Shown: positions 1 to 9,953, numbered from the stretch's first letter. The stretch is 64,000 nt of DNA from an uncultured candidate division Zixibacteria bacterium (GCA_963702205.1 OY969724.1:2464001-2528000), one strand, 5' to 3'. The notes: generated from the letters alone by a model not told the origin. Numbers and translations are program-made.

Positions 1-354
1 GGGCATTTGCCGGTTCAAGAAGAGCAGTTCCTCAACCGAAGGCGTGATTTCCTTTATGGTGACGTCGCTTTGGCGAGCCATCTTTTTAATTTTGTCGAAA
101 AGTTCCATGACGTCTTTTTTGGGAATAAGCTTGGACATCAGCCGCGATTTTTTTGCGTCGATAGCTTTGCGCGAGTCATAAAAATCAGGCAGAGTTGACA
201 TTATCCGGTTGAAATCGGCAAGTTGACTTCGGGCCTCGCCAATATTGCTTTTGATCCCGTTTATTTTGTGGTCGGCCGGAACCGCCAGAAACAGGGCCCA
301 GGCTATCAGAATGGCCGCCGATAGCCCCAGGGTGAGGTAATGTCTCATCTTCAT
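1..354 (-). CDS. PilO-like type IV pilus assembly protein (partial, runs off window edge)
   Basis: Not in the ORF track. My translation from the ATG overlapping the upstream stop (ATGA at 351-354) is MKMRHYLTLGLSAAILIAWALFLAVP...QLADFNRIMSTLP..., an N-terminal TM followed by a coiled coil. It directly follows pilM/N and is open to base 1. Confidence 0.65.
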   Translation of the reverse strand, partial: MKMRHYLTLGLSAAILIAWALFLAVPADHKINGIKSNIGEARSQLADFNRIMSTLPDFYDSRKAIDAKKSRLMSKLIPKKDVMELFDKIKKMARQSDVTIKEITPSVEELLFLNRQMP

Positions 355-1958
355 ATCGCGGTCCTCATATCAATCTGGAAATCGACGATGAACCGGCCTT
401 TGTCGTATTTTTTGGAATGACGTTTTAGCGTCACGAGGTCGTAAAAAGGCGATTTTTCGAGTTCGACGATATATTCGGCCAGAACCACTTCGGGCGGCGG
501 ATCGTTGGAAACGACCTGGCCGATCAAAGTCAGATCAAGCACTCCTTTTTCGTCTTTTAAATCATACTGCATGAGTTTAATTTTCCACGGAGTTATAAGA
601 GACAGCTCTTTCAGGTTCAGGTGCAGGAATGTCGGGTTGTTTTCGAGGAGTTTCAGCATTTCCTGATCGTTGGCGATTTGCCTTTTGATCTGTTGATACA
701 TCGTGTACGAAGTCGAATTCTCGAAATTCGATATTTGCTCCTGAAGACCCGTCAGTTTGGATTGTTCAATGGCTATGGCCGATTTCCATGACATCCACAA
801 GCCGAGCAGACAGACGACCAGGAGAGCCAGACCCGGGACGGCCAGACGGTAGAATTTTTTTTCGGCCTGAATTTCTTTAAGTTCAGGCGGCAGGAAACTT
901 AGTAGCTTATAGTCGGCCATGGCCAGCGCAATCGTCCCGAGGGAACGCATCATCGCGTCGCATTCGGTCGGTTCCTGCGGAATTGATCTCCGCTGCAAAT
1001 CAAGGGCAATATTTTTAAATTCGATACCGAAACGTCCGCTCAGGTCGGCAAGAGTGTTTTCACGGCAGGGGACGTCGCCGTACACATAAATCGCGCGCGG
1101 TGTCGCGGTGGGATGAAGGCCGGCATAATAATCGAGAGAATTTTGAAGCTCGGCCAGAAGTGTGTCATAATAACGGTCGATGGAAGCCCCGCCGGTAGTT
1201 TCGGCTTCCTGCAGGGGTGCCCCCAGGGCGATATTGTGGACGAAAGTCAGGCGATGTCCGAGGTAAAAGCCGATTTCGGTTTTAGCCGCTCCCGAACGTA
1301 CGAGCACATAGACTTCGTCTTTGCGGAAATTTTTTAGCCCGAGCAAAAGAAACCCGACCGCTTCGAGCTCCGAATATATGGCGGTGATATCCATTCCCGC
1401 CGTCTGAAGATATTTCAGGTTTTCATCTATGTTTTGTTTGCGAACGGCCGTGACGGCCACGGAAGTGTGTTGATCGTCTCCAAAAAAGACGCCGTCGCTC
1501 GGCAGCAAGCAGTGGCCATAATAGGATCTGTCGAGCTTGAACGGGATTTGTTTGTCGGCTTCCCAGTAAATGGCCCCGGACATATCTTTGGCGGACATAT
1601 TGGGGAGGCTGATGATCCGGAAGGCGCAATCGACGTTGCCGACACCCATGACGAATTTGGTCATGGGCCGACGGTATTTTTTAATGTACTCCCCAATAGC
1701 ATTGTTGAAAAAAGCCTGACGGGCGTCTTGTCCTGAAAGATCCGGGGGCACAGACACCCGCTTCGTATTTATCAATCTGGATCGGAATAAGCTCCTTGAT
1801 TGGGTTGCGAGAATGATAGCGTTATCAGTCACGGTGACGGCGATGGTCCGGCCGAAGCGGTGATTTTTTAAAGGCGGCTTGGCGGCAATACGATTTTTGG
1901 GTTTAGTTCCGGTTTTGGATTTCGCGGCCTTCTTTTTATTTTCAGACTTTTTCAGCAT
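351..1958 (-). CDS. PilM-PilN fusion-type pilus assembly protein
   Basis: N-terminal region is PilM/actin-like (RIISLPNMS..AIYWEADKQIPF; LQNSLDYY; IYVYG). It is followed by LSFLPPE, a TM helix, a coiled coil and a PilN-like domain. Start moved to ATG 1958 because the longer ORF overlaps the pilin gene. Confidence 0.75.
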   Translation of the reverse strand: MLKKSENKKKAAKSKTGTKPKNRIAAKPPLKNHRFGRTIAVTVTDNAIILATQSRSLFRSRLINTKRVSVPPDLSGQDARQAFFNNAIGEYIKKYRRPMTKFVMGVGNVDCAFRIISLPNMSAKDMSGAIYWEADKQIPFKLDRSYYGHCLLPSDGVFFGDDQHTSVAVTAVRKQNIDENLKYLQTAGMDITAIYSELEAVGFLLLGLKNFRKDEVYVLVRSGAAKTEIGFYLGHRLTFVHNIALGAPLQEAETTGGASIDRYYDTLLAELQNSLDYYAGLHPTATPRAIYVYGDVPCRENTLADLSGRFGIEFKNIALDLQRRSIPQEPTECDAMMRSLGTIALAMADYKLLSFLPPELKEIQAEKKFYRLAVPGLALLVVCLLGLWMSWKSAIAIEQSKLTGLQEQISNFENSTSYTMYQQIKRQIANDQEMLKLLENNPTFLHLNLKELSLITPWKIKLMQYDLKDEKGVLDLTLIGQVVSNDPPPEVVLAEYIVELEKSPFYDLVTLKRHSKKYDKGRFIVDFQIDMRTAI

Positions 1959-1983
1959 CTTGTCCGATTGTTTTTTATAATTT

Positions 1984-2451
1984 TCAAAAGCTCGTGACGA
2001 TGTTGGGTGTGGTGCCGGTTGACGTGATAGTCCGGGCAGCCGGGTCATACGCATAAGGAACCGTCCAGGCATCGTTGAGATATTCGCCTCCGGCGCCGTC
2101 AAGGTACGGGCCGTTCCAGCCCTGCCGGGTGAATTTGTCATAGGTGGGGATAGAATCCGGTTTTGTTACCAAATCCTCAAGACGGGGCGGCGCGAAGCCG
2201 ACGTCGCCTTCGAACCCCCGGTCAACATATTCTCCGCCGGCAATAATTTCGGCGTTTCCGATAATGGCTTTTTTAATGGTCTGCATCTCACTTTTGGTAG
2301 CGTTGATTTTAGCACTTTCCGTGAGGGTGCCGTATTTGGGTATTGCCACGGCGGCGACAATACCCAGTACAACGATAATTATAACCAATTCGACCAGGGT
2401 AAAGCCTGATGTGTCAAATCCGGAGGTATTTGAATTTACCCTGACGGTCAT
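1984..2451 (-). CDS. Type IV pilin / GspG-like pseudopilin
   Basis: Class III signal G|FTLVELVIIIVVLGIVAAVAIP; GspG-like motif WNGPYL...DAW..PY. Confidence 0.85.
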   Translation of the reverse strand: MTVRVNSNTSGFDTSGFTLVELVIIIVVLGIVAAVAIPKYGTLTESAKINATKSEMQTIKKAIIGNAEIIAGGEYVDRGFEGDVGFAPPRLEDLVTKPDSIPTYDKFTRQGWNGPYLDGAGGEYLNDAWTVPYAYDPAARTITSTGTTPNIVTSF

Positions 2452-2457
2452 AGCGGA

Positions 2458-2886
2458 TTACCAGTCGTTCTCACCGTTGGAAGAAGTGTTCGGCCAGATT
2501 TCACCGGTCGTGGCATTATAAGCCCAGCCGCCGCGCGTGCCAACAGTCGTGCCTTTAGTAACGCCGGTGACGATGCTGTCGGGAGCGTTGGTGGAACTCT
2601 GGTAGGGATTGGCCGGAATGGACTGTGCCATCACGACACCGATGGCTCTGAGACTGTCAATTACCGGCCAAGTGGCGGTGCCGGTGGTCACAGCCTGATT
2701 AGCGTACCAAATGGCGATGCCGGAACGAAGGCCGCCCAACGCGGAACGAGCCGAGGCTTCTTTAGCTTCGGATGAAATATCCTGATATTTAGGAATGGCT
2801 ACGGCGGCCAGGATACCAAGGATGACGATGATGATAACCAGTTCGACCAGGGTGAAACCGCTTTGATTTTTGATTTTGGCGTGCAT
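2458..2886 (-). CDS. Type IV major pilin (MshA-like)
   Basis: G|FTLVELVIIIVILGILAAVAIPKY; AAAGGAG RBS before ATG 2886. Confidence 0.85.
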   Translation of the reverse strand: MHAKIKNQSGFTLVELVIIIVILGILAAVAIPKYQDISSEAKEASARSALGGLRSGIAIWYANQAVTTGTATWPVIDSLRAIGVVMAQSIPANPYQSSTNAPDSIVTGVTKGTTVGTRGGWAYNATTGEIWPNTSSNGENDW

Positions 2887-2934
2887 TGCGACTCCTTTCA
2901 AGCCTATTCAAAAATGATTAGTTCTTTATGGTAA

Positions 2935-2961
2935 ATATCGGCAACAGGCGATTTTGCTTTA
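2935..2961 (-). promoter_or_regulatory. sigma28 (FliA/SigD)-type promoter upstream of major pilin
   Basis: TAAA-N15-GCCGATAT on the minus strand versus consensus TAAA-N15-GCCGATAA. Confidence 0.65.
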
Positions 2962-2967
2962 ATTCGG

Positions 2968-4182
2968 CTATTTATTGAAAACCTGGATCAGGTTCCACAT
3001 CGGCAGGAATATGGCCAGGGCTACGATCAGGACGAAACCCCCAAGGACGACGGTTAAAATCGGCTCCAATAGCGAGGTCAAATGACGGGATTTGTAATCC
3101 ACTTCTTTGCTGAAATGATTGGCGACTTCGGCCAGCATGGTTTCAACGGAGCCGCTTTCGAGGCCGATCTGGATCATGCGCAGACCCATGAGCGGGAAGT
3201 ATTTGAGTTTGTCCAGAGTTCCGGTGATTTCGCGGCCCTCCCGGAAGGAATCGGCGAGAATCAGGATTTCACCGGATATCTGCGAGTTCTTTATGGACTT
3301 TGATAGCAACTCAAGCGATTTAACCAGAGGCAAACCGCTTTTCATGAGAATTTGAAACATATAGGCAAAACGGGCGACATTGCCTTTAATTATCAGATCG
3401 CCGAAAATAGGGACCTGAAGAAACAGGCGGTCGAAGTACAATTTCCCTCGTGTGGTGGAACGCACCTTTCGTATTATTAAAATTATGGCGGCGATTGCTG
3501 CGAGTATAATAATCCAGTAATTACTGACAAAGTGATTGGTCCAGATCAATAGTCTGGTCGGGGCGGGAAGCTGGGCGTCCATTTTAGCGTAGAAATCCGT
3601 AAAGCGCGGAATGACGAATGTAATCAGGACGATAAAGGCGATGGCAATAGCGCACACGACAATTATGGGATAACGCACCGATGATTTTATCTGGCGGTGC
3701 AGTTCAAGGTCTTTTTCGAGCATAATCCCGAGGGAATCGAGAATCTGGTCGAGCTTGCCGGAGCTTTCACCGGCCGTGATGGAGGCGGTATAGATGCGCG
3801 GGAAAATATCCGGAAATTCCGACATGGCCTCCGAAAGAGATTTACCGGATTCCACCAGTGACAGTATTTTTGCGATAGCGTTGTTGAACTCACCGTTTTC
3901 CGGTCCGATTTTTATGATCGAAAGAGCCCTGAGAAGCGGCACGCCGGCACGGTACAGCGTCGACAAGTTGCGCGTGAAAATAATCAGGTTTTCATAGTGT
4001 CGGGCTTTCAGGAATTTGAAAATGTTGCGACGATGTCCGATTTTGCTGATTGAAATTTCGGTCGGGATAAGGCGTTGATCGGCCAGTATCGCGGCGACCC
4101 GTTCGGGGTTTTCGGCCTCGATCAGGCCGGTTCGCTGTTCGCCCTCGGCCGTTCGGGCGATATATTCAAAAGTCTCAGGCAT
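2968..4182 (-). CDS. pilC: Type II secretion F family / PilC-MshG platform protein
   Basis: Two T2SSF repeats (FTRNLSTLYRAGVPL..GESSGKL; GLESGSV...LEP) and 3 TMs. Confidence 0.9.
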   Translation of the reverse strand: MPETFEYIARTAEGEQRTGLIEAENPERVAAILADQRLIPTEISISKIGHRRNIFKFLKARHYENLIIFTRNLSTLYRAGVPLLRALSIIKIGPENGEFNNAIAKILSLVESGKSLSEAMSEFPDIFPRIYTASITAGESSGKLDQILDSLGIMLEKDLELHRQIKSSVRYPIIVVCAIAIAFIVLITFVIPRFTDFYAKMDAQLPAPTRLLIWTNHFVSNYWIIILAAIAAIILIIRKVRSTTRGKLYFDRLFLQVPIFGDLIIKGNVARFAYMFQILMKSGLPLVKSLELLSKSIKNSQISGEILILADSFREGREITGTLDKLKYFPLMGLRMIQIGLESGSVETMLAEVANHFSKEVDYKSRHLTSLLEPILTVVLGGFVLIVALAIFLPMWNLIQVFNK

Positions 4183-5902
4183 TGATTGCTATTCTCGGTT
4201 GTTCAACGCGGGAATTGTCGCTTTCCAGAACCGATACTCCGCGCAACAGTTCGTCCAGGCTGATCTGGCCCTGCTTGACTTTTTCTATGCCCGCCAGAAA
4301 CAGCGGGACATAACCCTGCCGCATGGCGTGGTTTTTTATCTGGAGGTCCGACTCACCGTTAATAATCATCTCGGCAATTCGCTCGTCGATTTCGATTAGT
4401 TCGTAAACACCCGTTTGGCCTTTATATCCGGTCATGCGGCAGCGACTGCAGCCCAGTCCGTGCATGAATTTGAAACCGTCGGTTTTGCCGGTGAGGTTGG
4501 CCAGGCGCAGTTCGAATTCAGGCGGTTGATATTCTTCGGAACACTCGGGGCAGTTAGTACGGACCAGCCGTTGCGCCAGCACGGCCTTAAGCGACGACGC
4601 GACGAGGTATTTGGCGACGCCCATATCGACCAGTCGGTTGACGCTGCTGGGAGCGTCGTTGGTATGCAGGGTGGAAAAAACGAGGTGGCCGGTCAGGGCC
4701 GAGCGAACGGCCATGGCGGCGGTTTCGGTATCGCGGACTTCACCGATCATAATGATGTCCGGGTTTTGCCGCAATATGGAGCGCAGGGAGGTTGCAAAAG
4801 TCAGGCCGGCCTTTTCGTTGGTCTGGACCTGGTTAACAAGAGAAAGCGAGTACTCGACCGGGTCTTCGACCGTAATTATGTTTTTTTCAATGGAGTTGAT
4901 TTCCTGCAGGACGGCGTAGAGCGTCGTGGTCTTGCCGCTTGAGGTCGGCCCGGTAATCAGGATGAGACCTTCCTTAAGCCGGATAATGTCTTTCCAGCGC
5001 CCGAGAATATCTGCGGAAAAGCCCAGACGATCCAGCCCGATGTTCAGGACCCGACGGTCGAGAATACGAATAACTATTTTCTCGCCGTGCACGGTCGGCA
5101 GGGTGGAGATCCGCAGGTCGATATCGTTGCCGTCGATGTTGACCAGCATACGTCCGTCCTGGGGCAGGCGTTTTTCCGAAACGTCCATATCGGCCGCCAC
5201 TTTTATTCGGGAGATTATTTCAGCCTGCAAATTTTTGGGAGGTGACGCTTCCTCACGCATGACACCATTGATTCGATAGCGTACGCGCAGCTGTTTTTCA
5301 TCCGGTTCTATGTGAATGTCCGAGGCGCGTTCTTTGACGGCCTGGCCGATAATCAGGTTGACAAGTTTTACGACGGGTGTATCGGTTTCCTGAGCGAGAA
5401 TACCCTCGGCGATATCCGGCACGGCGGATTCTTCACTGGCGATGGTGTCTCCGATAACCCCGTGCAGGGAATCGGCGACGCTGTAATACTGATCGATAGC
5501 ATTGACGATTTCCGAGTGCGATCCGACAACGCGCTTGATTTCACATTTGGTAATATAGCTCAGTTCTTCTATGGCAATGATATTCAGGGGGTCGGACATG
5601 GCGATGGTCAGGGTGTTGCCGATTTTGAAAACCGGCATGAGCCCGAAACGGCGGGCGGCCTCAACGGGCACAAGGCTGACAATCCTTGGATCGATAACGA
5701 GTGATTCCAGAGAAATTTTAGGAATTTTCAGGCGTTCGGAAAGAGTGTCGAGCAGCTGATCCTCGGTTATGAGGCCCCGCTCGACGAGGATTTGGCCTAC
5801 TTTGTGTCCGGTCTTTTTTTGTTCGTCGAGAGCGCTTTTAAGTTCCGCTTCGGAAATAAGACCTTTTTCAATTAAAATGTCGCCAATTCTTTTGCGAGAC
5901 AT
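4175..5902 (-). CDS. pilB: PilB/GspE/MshE assembly ATPase with N-terminal MshEN domain
   Basis: ASDIHIEP, Walker A GPTSSGKTT, LRQNPDIIMIGEVRD, TGHLVFSTLH, two CxxC pairs. Start taken at MSRKRIG (5902). Confidence 0.93.
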   Translation of the reverse strand: MSRKRIGDILIEKGLISEAELKSALDEQKKTGHKVGQILVERGLITEDQLLDTLSERLKIPKISLESLVIDPRIVSLVPVEAARRFGLMPVFKIGNTLTIAMSDPLNIIAIEELSYITKCEIKRVVGSHSEIVNAIDQYYSVADSLHGVIGDTIASEESAVPDIAEGILAQETDTPVVKLVNLIIGQAVKERASDIHIEPDEKQLRVRYRINGVMREEASPPKNLQAEIISRIKVAADMDVSEKRLPQDGRMLVNIDGNDIDLRISTLPTVHGEKIVIRILDRRVLNIGLDRLGFSADILGRWKDIIRLKEGLILITGPTSSGKTTTLYAVLQEINSIEKNIITVEDPVEYSLSLVNQVQTNEKAGLTFATSLRSILRQNPDIIMIGEVRDTETAAMAVRSALTGHLVFSTLHTNDAPSSVNRLVDMGVAKYLVASSLKAVLAQRLVRTNCPECSEEYQPPEFELRLANLTGKTDGFKFMHGLGCSRCRMTGYKGQTGVYELIEIDERIAEMIINGESDLQIKNHAMRQGYVPLFLAGIEKVKQGQISLDELLRGVSVLESDNSRVEQPRIAINA

Positions 5903-5934
5903 AGAAATCCATCCATACAATGTATTCCATCTAT

Positions 5935-5961
5935 TAATCGGAATCTTGAGGGATTTGCTTA
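5935..5961 (-). promoter_or_regulatory. sigma28-type promoter upstream of pilB
   Basis: TAAG-N15-TCCGATTA on the minus strand. Confidence 0.5.
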
Positions 5962-6080
5962 ACGGGCACCGGGCGAGCGCATTTAACTTATTTGTTGCTT
6001 TTGGGTTACAAAGGGACGATAATATCATATTATGGGGGAAAAAAGGATAAAAACGATTTTCCCGGTTTGAAATATAGATT

Positions 6081-7664
6081 ATGAAAACAGCCTGCTTCAT
6101 TCTGACCTTGATATTGAGCGCCATCGGCGCGCGGGCCGGGGAGACCGGGCCGCAGAACCAGCCCATCATTGATTCCATTGAGATTCACAACAATAATATT
6201 TATGACAAGTCCAATCCCGACTACAAGCACTGGATATTCACATTGGCCAATAAACTTCATTTGCGCACGCGCAAGGCGGTCATCAGGGGGGAGCTTTTGC
6301 TGCACGTCGGGGACAGGTATAACCCCGACCTGGCCGAGGAAACGGCTCGCAACTTAAGATCCCTGCACTATATCTGGAATGCGCGGGCCGATTTGATAAG
6401 AGGTGACGACGGGTCGGACATCCTCAGAGTTTCCACAATTGATCGCTGGTCGCTGACCGGGGGACCGGCGATAAACAGAGTATCGGGGCAGACGACGTAT
6501 AAGATCGGGGCGAAGGAGTCGAATTTCCTCGGGTATGGGAAGACGGTCGCGCTGGATTGTTTCTTCCGTGATTTCGATCGGGATTACTACACGCTCTGGT
6601 ATTATGATCGAAGGGTGGCAGACAGAAATCTATCGTTGAATATATTTATCAACGATGACCCTGAAATAGGAACCAGGGCCGTTACTTTATACAGACCGTA
6701 CTATTCACTGAATTCGACACATACGTTTTCGTTCGATTACACCAGGTACGATTATCGAAAGGACCACTATCGTGAAGGTGTGATAGCCGGGCGGGAATTT
6801 CTTCATGGCGGCAAAATAGAGGTTTCCGGGGGCCATCGCTGGGGCACATACCATACGAAAGTCCTTGCCGGCGCCGGTTATACATATGCCGATCTCGATG
6901 ACAGGGATACGGCGCGATACGATGAAAGTACCGAAATATCGTTCGGGGCGGACAGCCTGTATCATTATGCCGAGCTTTCCGCGGGCATTCAGGATATCCG
7001 GTATATAAAAACCAACCGAATAAACCTGTTTACCCGCGACGAGGATATAACGCTGACGAGAGGACTGACATTCGTATACGGATGGTCCCGGCACACCGGT
7101 TCGCTTGGGAGGTATTATGACGTCATGGGCGTGCTGGGAGATTATTGCATCTATTATAAATCGAATTTGATTCTGGTTCAGGGCAGCGTGCGAAGATGGT
7201 TCCGCAATGACGCTACGCTGAGACGGCTGTTTGACGCTCAGGTTAAATATTACAATAACACGCGCCAATGGTACACATTGGCGATATTTATGCGTCTGGC
7301 GAAAGATGTCAGAGCGGACGGGCAGAGGGAATTGTACCTGGGCGAAAACACGGGAATACGGGCATATCCGAAGAATTATGCGAACGGAGAAAAGTCCCTG
7401 ATCGTCAATGTTGAAAATAGATTTTTCCCAAATATCAGGTTCTCGGCGAGTCGCATCAGCCCGGTTCAATTTTTGGATATCGGATCGGTATGGAACAGAG
7501 GCGAAGATTTGGATGTAAGGCACATGGAGTGGTCGGTCGGCGTTGGTTTGAGAATAAGCACGGAAAGGCTGGCAAGCCGGGAAGCGGCTCGTATAGACCT
7601 GGCTTATGCCGGTGACCTGAAAACCTGGCAAATTTCCTTTGGACTTGGTCAATATTTGGACTAA
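6081..7664 (+). CDS. BamA/TamA (Omp85) family outer-membrane protein
   Basis: Signal peptide, POTRA-like region (TRKAVIRGELL..GD.Y), ESNFLGYG, loop-6-like GIRAY, C-terminal beta strands (ARIDLAY..ISFGLGQY). Confidence 0.75.
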   Translation: MKTACFILTLILSAIGARAGETGPQNQPIIDSIEIHNNNIYDKSNPDYKHWIFTLANKLHLRTRKAVIRGELLLHVGDRYNPDLAEETARNLRSLHYIWNARADLIRGDDGSDILRVSTIDRWSLTGGPAINRVSGQTTYKIGAKESNFLGYGKTVALDCFFRDFDRDYYTLWYYDRRVADRNLSLNIFINDDPEIGTRAVTLYRPYYSLNSTHTFSFDYTRYDYRKDHYREGVIAGREFLHGGKIEVSGGHRWGTYHTKVLAGAGYTYADLDDRDTARYDESTEISFGADSLYHYAELSAGIQDIRYIKTNRINLFTRDEDITLTRGLTFVYGWSRHTGSLGRYYDVMGVLGDYCIYYKSNLILVQGSVRRWFRNDATLRRLFDAQVKYYNNTRQWYTLAIFMRLAKDVRADGQRELYLGENTGIRAYPKNYANGEKSLIVNVENRFFPNIRFSASRISPVQFLDIGSVWNRGEDLDVRHMEWSVGVGLRISTERLASREAARIDLAYAGDLKTWQISFGLGQYLD

Positions 7665-7769
7665 ATGTAAGGCGTATAAAGCGTAAAGTATATATATGCT
7701 TGACAAATATCGACTTTGCCGTAGATTTATAATGGATAGTTACTTGCCGTATACCGATATACAACATTA

Positions 7770-9488
7770 ATGCCAAGAGCAAAAATTACATATTCCGTCA
7801 TAAAACAGGGGCTGGCAGCGATAAGTATTGCTATCCTGCTGACCGGCTACGGGTTTGCGTCACAGGCGCCAATCCGAGCCGAGGCCCAAAAATCCTCCAT
7901 TTCTCTCATCGAAAAGGCGTATCAGTCCGGTGAAATTTCTTTGGGGGACAAGGTTTATAACAACATTTTAACCGTATTTGCTCCGGATCGCCTTCCGAGC
8001 GAATTTAAAGGCGAAAGTTCCGGCATAATTAAAAGCGGGACGCCTTATATTTTCGAGGCCGTGAAGCATTGGGATCAAATGACCCCGGACCAGCAGAGCG
8101 CAGTCAGAGCTTTTATGGCACGGCCTCCACTGGATTCGGTCTATACGTCGCCCGGCGGCTATTTTAAAATCCACTATACGTTCAGTTGGCCTGATTCGGT
8201 TTCGGCTGACGATATTGACATGAGCGGTGTTCCCGATTATGTCGAAAGAGTGGCTCTGTATGCCGACAGCGCCCATGCCTATTATCAGGGACAAATAGGA
8301 TATCGGACGCCTCCGGCTGACGCTGATGGTCTGTATGACATTTATCTTGATAATATGGGTTCTGAGGAGTACGGACGGACAAGCCTGGATGGGGCGGCGG
8401 ACTCCTCCTGGAATGATTTCAAGACCTTCATGGAAATCAATTGTGATCTGTCGCATTTGACCTATCAGAATCAGGATCCGGAAGGAACAATGATCGGGGC
8501 CATGAAAGTGACTTGCGCCCATGAATTTTTCCACGCCACGCAGTGTGCCTATGATGCTTATGAAGACCTCTGGTGGATGGAATGCACGGCCGTAGCGTAT
8601 GAAGATGTATTATTTCCCGAAGTAAAGGATAATGTTCAATTCACGCCGTTTTTCTTCAATCGGGCCGATACATCGCTGACGGCCGGGCCATATCGCTGTT
8701 ACGGCGCTTTTGTCTGGCCGGCGTTTCTGCTCAAAGAATACGGCGACGAGATCATCAAAGAAGTTTTCGATTATACGCGGTTTTATGGAATTATCGGTTC
8801 GCTGGATTCGGCATTGAGCCATCATGGAAGTTCCATGGCCAAGGCCTACCCGCATTTTGCGTCCTGGAATTATTTTACCAATATGCGGGCGGATACGTCG
8901 CTGTATCGCAATAGTCCGGACTATCCGGCTATGCCCATCGATCAAACGGTGCCGCTTTGTCCATTTCATGGTGTGACGCCCGTCGAGGCCCCGGATGCCT
9001 ACGGCTGCAATTATATCGTGACTTATCCCGACCAGGACACGACCGCCGGTCTTCTCAAGATCGATTTCGACGGCGGGCCGACCGCAGTCTGGGGACTTTC
9101 TTATATGCTGTTCAAAGGCGATTCGATGGTAATAGTGCCCTCGGTTTTTGTGGACACGGAAGGCCGGTCTATCGCCGGAATATATGATTACCAGGTTTAT
9201 GACTCGATCGTTTTCGTTCCGGCGGTTGTTTCGCAGTACTTTTCGAATCATCAGTACGTATTCGGCGCGAGCATATACCCATTCGGGGATACCGACGGCA
9301 ACGGCAGCCGCAATCTTATCGATATCCTGGTCCTGATCAGCCGGATTTATCAGGGGGGCGATGATCCTTACTACGACTGGCGCATGGGCGATCTGGATTG
9401 TTCGGGAAGTCTGAACCTGGTGGATATTTTATGGCTGATAAATCTCGTCTATTACAGCGACGACGAACCGTTGCCCTGTCGTTATTGA
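7770..9488 (+). CDS. Secreted zinc metalloprotease (MXAN_6640-like) with C-terminal dockerin-like domain
   Basis: Signal peptide; FKIHY..D....GVPDYVE; AHEFFHATQ..WWMECTA; two Ca-loop repeats GDTDGNGSRNLID and GDLDCSGSLNLVD. Confidence 0.75.
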   Translation: MPRAKITYSVIKQGLAAISIAILLTGYGFASQAPIRAEAQKSSISLIEKAYQSGEISLGDKVYNNILTVFAPDRLPSEFKGESSGIIKSGTPYIFEAVKHWDQMTPDQQSAVRAFMARPPLDSVYTSPGGYFKIHYTFSWPDSVSADDIDMSGVPDYVERVALYADSAHAYYQGQIGYRTPPADADGLYDIYLDNMGSEEYGRTSLDGAADSSWNDFKTFMEINCDLSHLTYQNQDPEGTMIGAMKVTCAHEFFHATQCAYDAYEDLWWMECTAVAYEDVLFPEVKDNVQFTPFFFNRADTSLTAGPYRCYGAFVWPAFLLKEYGDEIIKEVFDYTRFYGIIGSLDSALSHHGSSMAKAYPHFASWNYFTNMRADTSLYRNSPDYPAMPIDQTVPLCPFHGVTPVEAPDAYGCNYIVTYPDQDTTAGLLKIDFDGGPTAVWGLSYMLFKGDSMVIVPSVFVDTEGRSIAGIYDYQVYDSIVFVPAVVSQYFSNHQYVFGASIYPFGDTDGNGSRNLIDILVLISRIYQGGDDPYYDWRMGDLDCSGSLNLVDILWLINLVYYSDDEPLPCRY

Positions 9489-9601
9489 TCTCGCCGGAAA
9501 AATCGTAGTTATTTATCCATTATCGATGATGTACTTATCATAAGTGACGAATTACGCCATTATTTCCCTTCGCAATTAGTTCGATTTTATTCATTTTAGC
9601 C

Positions 9602-9630
9602 TTGACTTAAAATATTCAAATACTTATAAA
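9602..9630 (+). promoter_or_regulatory. sigma70-type promoter
   Basis: TTGACT-17-TATAAA upstream of the zinc-ribbon gene. Confidence 0.65.
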
Positions 9631-9716
9631 GGCCTAAGCACTTTACATTTCCTGGATCGGGTTCGTCAACCGCAAGGTGACAAGGATGTAACCGGTACCC
9701 AAGGAGAGGGGGAAAC

Positions 9717-9953
9717 ATGGATGATGGTTTTCAGGCGAAAATCCTGATCTGTGTCGAATGCGGTGAAGAGTTTATTTTTACGGTCGGGGCGCAAGAGTAT
9801 TTCGCGGAAAGAGGGTACACGGAGGACCCCCGGCGGTGCAAACACTGCCACACGAAGTTGAAACGCGACCGTAAGAACGGAGTCAAGCCCGGCATCGACA
9901 CCTTACCGCCCGACATTACCGACAAAGGATTTTCCGCACAGGATTCAGGCTAA
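9717..9953 (+). CDS. Small zinc-ribbon protein
   Basis: CVECGEEFIFTVGAQEYFAERGYTEDPRRCKHC fits the small CxxC...CxxC zinc-ribbon family; strong RBS. Confidence 0.8.
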   Translation: MDDGFQAKILICVECGEEFIFTVGAQEYFAERGYTEDPRRCKHCHTKLKRDRKNGVKPGIDTLPPDITDKGFSAQDSG

